This document shows, one piece after another, positions 44,079-46,438 of a DNA stretch of 46,438 bases. Location of the stretch: positions 1-46,438 of the IMG/VR virus record IMGVR_UViG_3300035676_000013; one strand, 5' to 3'. The DNA is from a virus. Taxonomy: Duplodnaviria; Caudoviricetes. Below the pieces are notes generated by a model that saw only the letters and a list, made by a program, of their open reading frames with translations, ran no database searches and had not been told where the DNA came from. Made by a program: the position numbers and the translations under genes. Within the stretch, counting starts at the first letter, position 1; each line of letters opens with the position of its first letter.

Positions 44079-44720
44079 ATGGGGAATGGAAACGGATCAG
44101 GTGGTGATGCCGGCATTGGTGCCAGTCCTGCAGGAGACCCTGGACCGGCAGGTAACTACGGTGGTATGGGTGACCCAGGCAGTGCAGGACCAACAGGTGG
44201 AAACTTTGGTGGTGCTGCTGCTGACGCATCCGGTCCTGGCGAAGGTGCCGGTCCTGGGGCAGGTGCAGGTGCCGGTGGGGGCATGGGCACAATCTCCAAT
44301 CCTGTTGCAGGTAAGACAGGAGAGCAACCAAGTGTGCAAGCTGCAGAGTCTGCCCTTGGTCCTTTTGCAGGTTCCGGTCCAGGCGAAGGCATGAGAGCAA
44401 GCAATCCGATGGTGCAGAAGAACACTCTGCACGGTCTAGCCCTTGCTGCTCTTGGTATCCTTGGCAATGACCCAAGGACAGTGCTGCAAGGACTTGGCAT
44501 TGCTGCTGCAGGTGGAATGAGCAACAAGCCTACTGCTGATGCAAACACGCATCCGTTGCAGCAATTGACTGCTCCTCCTCCTGCTGCGATGCCGAATGCT
44601 TCCCAGGCGAACCCTGCTGCCAAGTTGCCCACTGATGTTGAGTTGCGTAAGCAGCAGGCAGCAAAGAGGTCAGTGCTAAGTCCTGACAGGTCACAGTACA
44701 AATCTATATTAGGATACTAG
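44079..44720 (+). CDS. Gly/Pro-rich putative internal virion protein
   Basis: AAGGAGG RBS; Gly-rich N-half, hydrophobic centre, C-terminal KSILG like small podophage pre-portal proteins. Confidence 0.65.
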   Translation: MGNGNGSGGDAGIGASPAGDPGPAGNYGGMGDPGSAGPTGGNFGGAAADASGPGEGAGPGAGAGAGGGMGTISNPVAGKTGEQPSVQAAESALGPFAGSGPGEGMRASNPMVQKNTLHGLALAALGILGNDPRTVLQGLGIAAAGGMSNKPTADANTHPLQQLTAPPPAAMPNASQANPAAKLPTDVELRKQQAAKRSVLSPDRSQYKSILGY

Positions 44721-44721
44721 C

Positions 44722-44952
44722 ATGATTCTCGACCTAACGAATCAGGCAGCTATTGCCTCACAGATTCAGACAAGGCTTGCAGTACTGCAGGACAGGATAG
44801 CAGAGAGACTTCCTATTTGGAGAAAGCTAAGTCTGAAGCAGAAACGTGCCTGGGTGAAGAGTGGAAAAGATCCTATCATGTCTCTCGCATGGGTGACGTT
44901 CAAGTACCTTCGTGACAACGTGTTCCAAACGGAGGACATGGATAATGGCTAA
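44722..44952 (+). CDS. hypothetical helical protein
   Basis: AGGA RBS; operon packing. Confidence 0.6.
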   Translation: MILDLTNQAAIASQIQTRLAVLQDRIAERLPIWRKLSLKQKRAWVKSGKDPIMSLAWVTFKYLRDNVFQTEDMDNG

Positions 44953-45298
44953 TTACTCCATGGGTCGAAAGCCTCTGCCAGAGATCGAGAATGGTCACAA
45001 GTTCAAGGGTGACAACTTCTGCCAACTGCTGCCACACACTCCTATCTTTGAAGGCAAGAGTGGGCTTGAGTTCGATAGCTGCAACCTGATCAACTGTGAT
45101 GTGCCTGCAGATACGGTGAGAAAGTTCTCAAATAATGCACAGGTCTCATGGTGCACAAACCTCCATCCAGAGTGGATAGAGCTAGGACTTGAACTGTGTG
45201 TCGAGAACTGTGAGCACGTTGTAGACTCTGACTCTGTCATAATTGATGGTCAGGTGGTTGGTGTGAACTATCACTATCAAGACAAGTTGGTGAGCTAA
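44945..45298 (+). CDS. Cys-rich hypothetical protein
   Basis: GGAGG RBS before ATG 44945; CNLINC motif; TAATG coupling to next gene. Confidence 0.65.
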   Translation: MANYSMGRKPLPEIENGHKFKGDNFCQLLPHTPIFEGKSGLEFDSCNLINCDVPADTVRKFSNNAQVSWCTNLHPEWIELGLELCVENCEHVVDSDSVIIDGQVVGVNYHYQDKLVS

Positions 45299-46326
45299 TG
45301 GCAACCAAGTACGCAAATTTTGATCTAGCCACAGGCAACAATGATGGTAGCGATTGGACCAATGCATGGAAGACAATGGCAGATGCGATTGCAGGAACTA
45401 ACTCCGCACCTCCTGCAGCAGGCGACACGGTCTATTGCAAGGGAACGGATACACTTGCAGCAGGGTGTGTGTTGAATTTGGTAGGAACGGAAATATCATA
45501 CATTAGATGGATAGGAGTGAATGCGTCTGGAACAAACGATGGGACCAGGGCAACTCTGGACTGCAATGGTGGAAACTTTCCTGCACTTCAATTCAATGCT
45601 GCATACTGCAACTCATTCGACAATTTTAGATTTACAGGAAGTGTAACAAACGGTGTAGCATCTGGAGTGGGTGCAAGTTATTACCTTGTCTTCAACAACT
45701 GCTCCTTTGATAACAATGGTTCAGCAGGAATCAATTTCACTACCAATAATGCTGCTCAGTACAATACATTTGTCAGATGTGTGTTCTATGGAAACGATTA
45801 TGGATTTATAACATCTAACTACGATAGGTTTTTCTTCTCATGTTTCCACGACAATGTATCAGCAGGACTATACCGACCTGCCAATGGAACTGTTTTCGGT
45901 TGTGTCTTTTATGACAATCCCACTGGACTCAAGCAACCAATAACGGAAGTGATGATCCAAAACGTATTCGATGGAAACACCACAGGATTTGAAAACTATG
46001 ACGGTTTAGGTTACATTGGATGGTTTTTTGGTAACAGAATTACAAACAATACAACAGGCTTGGATGGGAACACCAGAACTCTTTGGGAGGGATGGAACGA
46101 CTTCGATGGGAACACAGATCACAGATTAGATACTAATGGTCACCTTGTCTTTCTATATGGTGGACTGACAACCAACGTAGAACTCAACGAGAACGGTGCA
46201 GGAGGTGGAGACACGCTCCAGGGTTACGTTTCCACGACTGAAGGATCAGAGGACTACAGCACGGCATACACGAGTGCGACCAATCCTCACTTGAGAAGGA
46301 CTGCCATCACGATTCCCACGAGTTGA
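45298..46326 (+). CDS. right-handed beta-helix (pectin-lyase-like) protein, possible spike/depolymerase
   Basis: GNNDGSDWTNAWKT..AGDTVY cap; repeated C.F.(D/G)N rungs; Asn/Gly-rich. Confidence 0.75.
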   Translation: MATKYANFDLATGNNDGSDWTNAWKTMADAIAGTNSAPPAAGDTVYCKGTDTLAAGCVLNLVGTEISYIRWIGVNASGTNDGTRATLDCNGGNFPALQFNAAYCNSFDNFRFTGSVTNGVASGVGASYYLVFNNCSFDNNGSAGINFTTNNAAQYNTFVRCVFYGNDYGFITSNYDRFFFSCFHDNVSAGLYRPANGTVFGCVFYDNPTGLKQPITEVMIQNVFDGNTTGFENYDGLGYIGWFFGNRITNNTTGLDGNTRTLWEGWNDFDGNTDHRLDTNGHLVFLYGGLTTNVELNENGAGGGDTLQGYVSTTEGSEDYSTAYTSATNPHLRRTAITIPTS

Positions 46327-46438
46327 TATGGCAACTACTTTCTACATCACAGCAGGTCTACCTGCACAAGACAATAACTCTGCGAGGACAGCAAACACGT
46401 TCTACATGACAGCAGGCCTGCCTGCTAACGATCTGCCA
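46312..46438. repeat. 127-bp direct terminal overlap (copy 2)
   Basis: Exact copy of 1-127. Confidence 0.97.

Noticed and set aside
1-46438. Stop-codon reassignment or selenocysteine readthrough
   Set aside because: Standard code gives dense, intact genes ending in all three stops; readthrough of the TGA at 46324-46326 would add only a short peptide.

Overview
The window is an apparently complete, circularly assembled genome of a tailed dsDNA podophage, about 46,311 bp unique. Bases 1-127 recur exactly at 46312-46438, most likely as an assembler k-mer overlap. The morphogenesis module is BPP-1/T7-like: terminase, portal, scaffold, major capsid, cement protein, adaptor, nozzle, three internal/ejection proteins, a SleB-type lysin and holin-like genes. 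It also has a leftward early/recombination operon (RecE-like exonuclease, Erf, metallophosphoesterase) driven by three repeated promoter-RBS cassettes, and a rightward replication operon (lambda O-like initiator with internal iterons, sigma70 region 4 proteins, RusA, SSB). I found no integrase, repressor, DNA/RNA polymerase, tRNA, CRISPR array or DGR. Most unusual features: (1) no canonical tail-fibre gene; instead the nozzle carries a ~1,080-aa insert of five LamG-like domains whose motif order suggests a nested out-and-back (Russian-doll) topology, and the adaptor carries its own nested insert; (2) a 2,880-aa polyvalent ejection protein with a GP88/radical-SAM-like Fe-S domain, an HExxH peptidase and other modules bounded by a repeated (V/I)LYS(T/R)R motif; (3) a two-hairpin RNA element with anti-Shine-Dalgarno CCUCCU loops ending the early operon; (4) a consensus sigma54 site between the divergent sigma70 promoters. 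All family assignments come from motif recognition by eye, not database searches.
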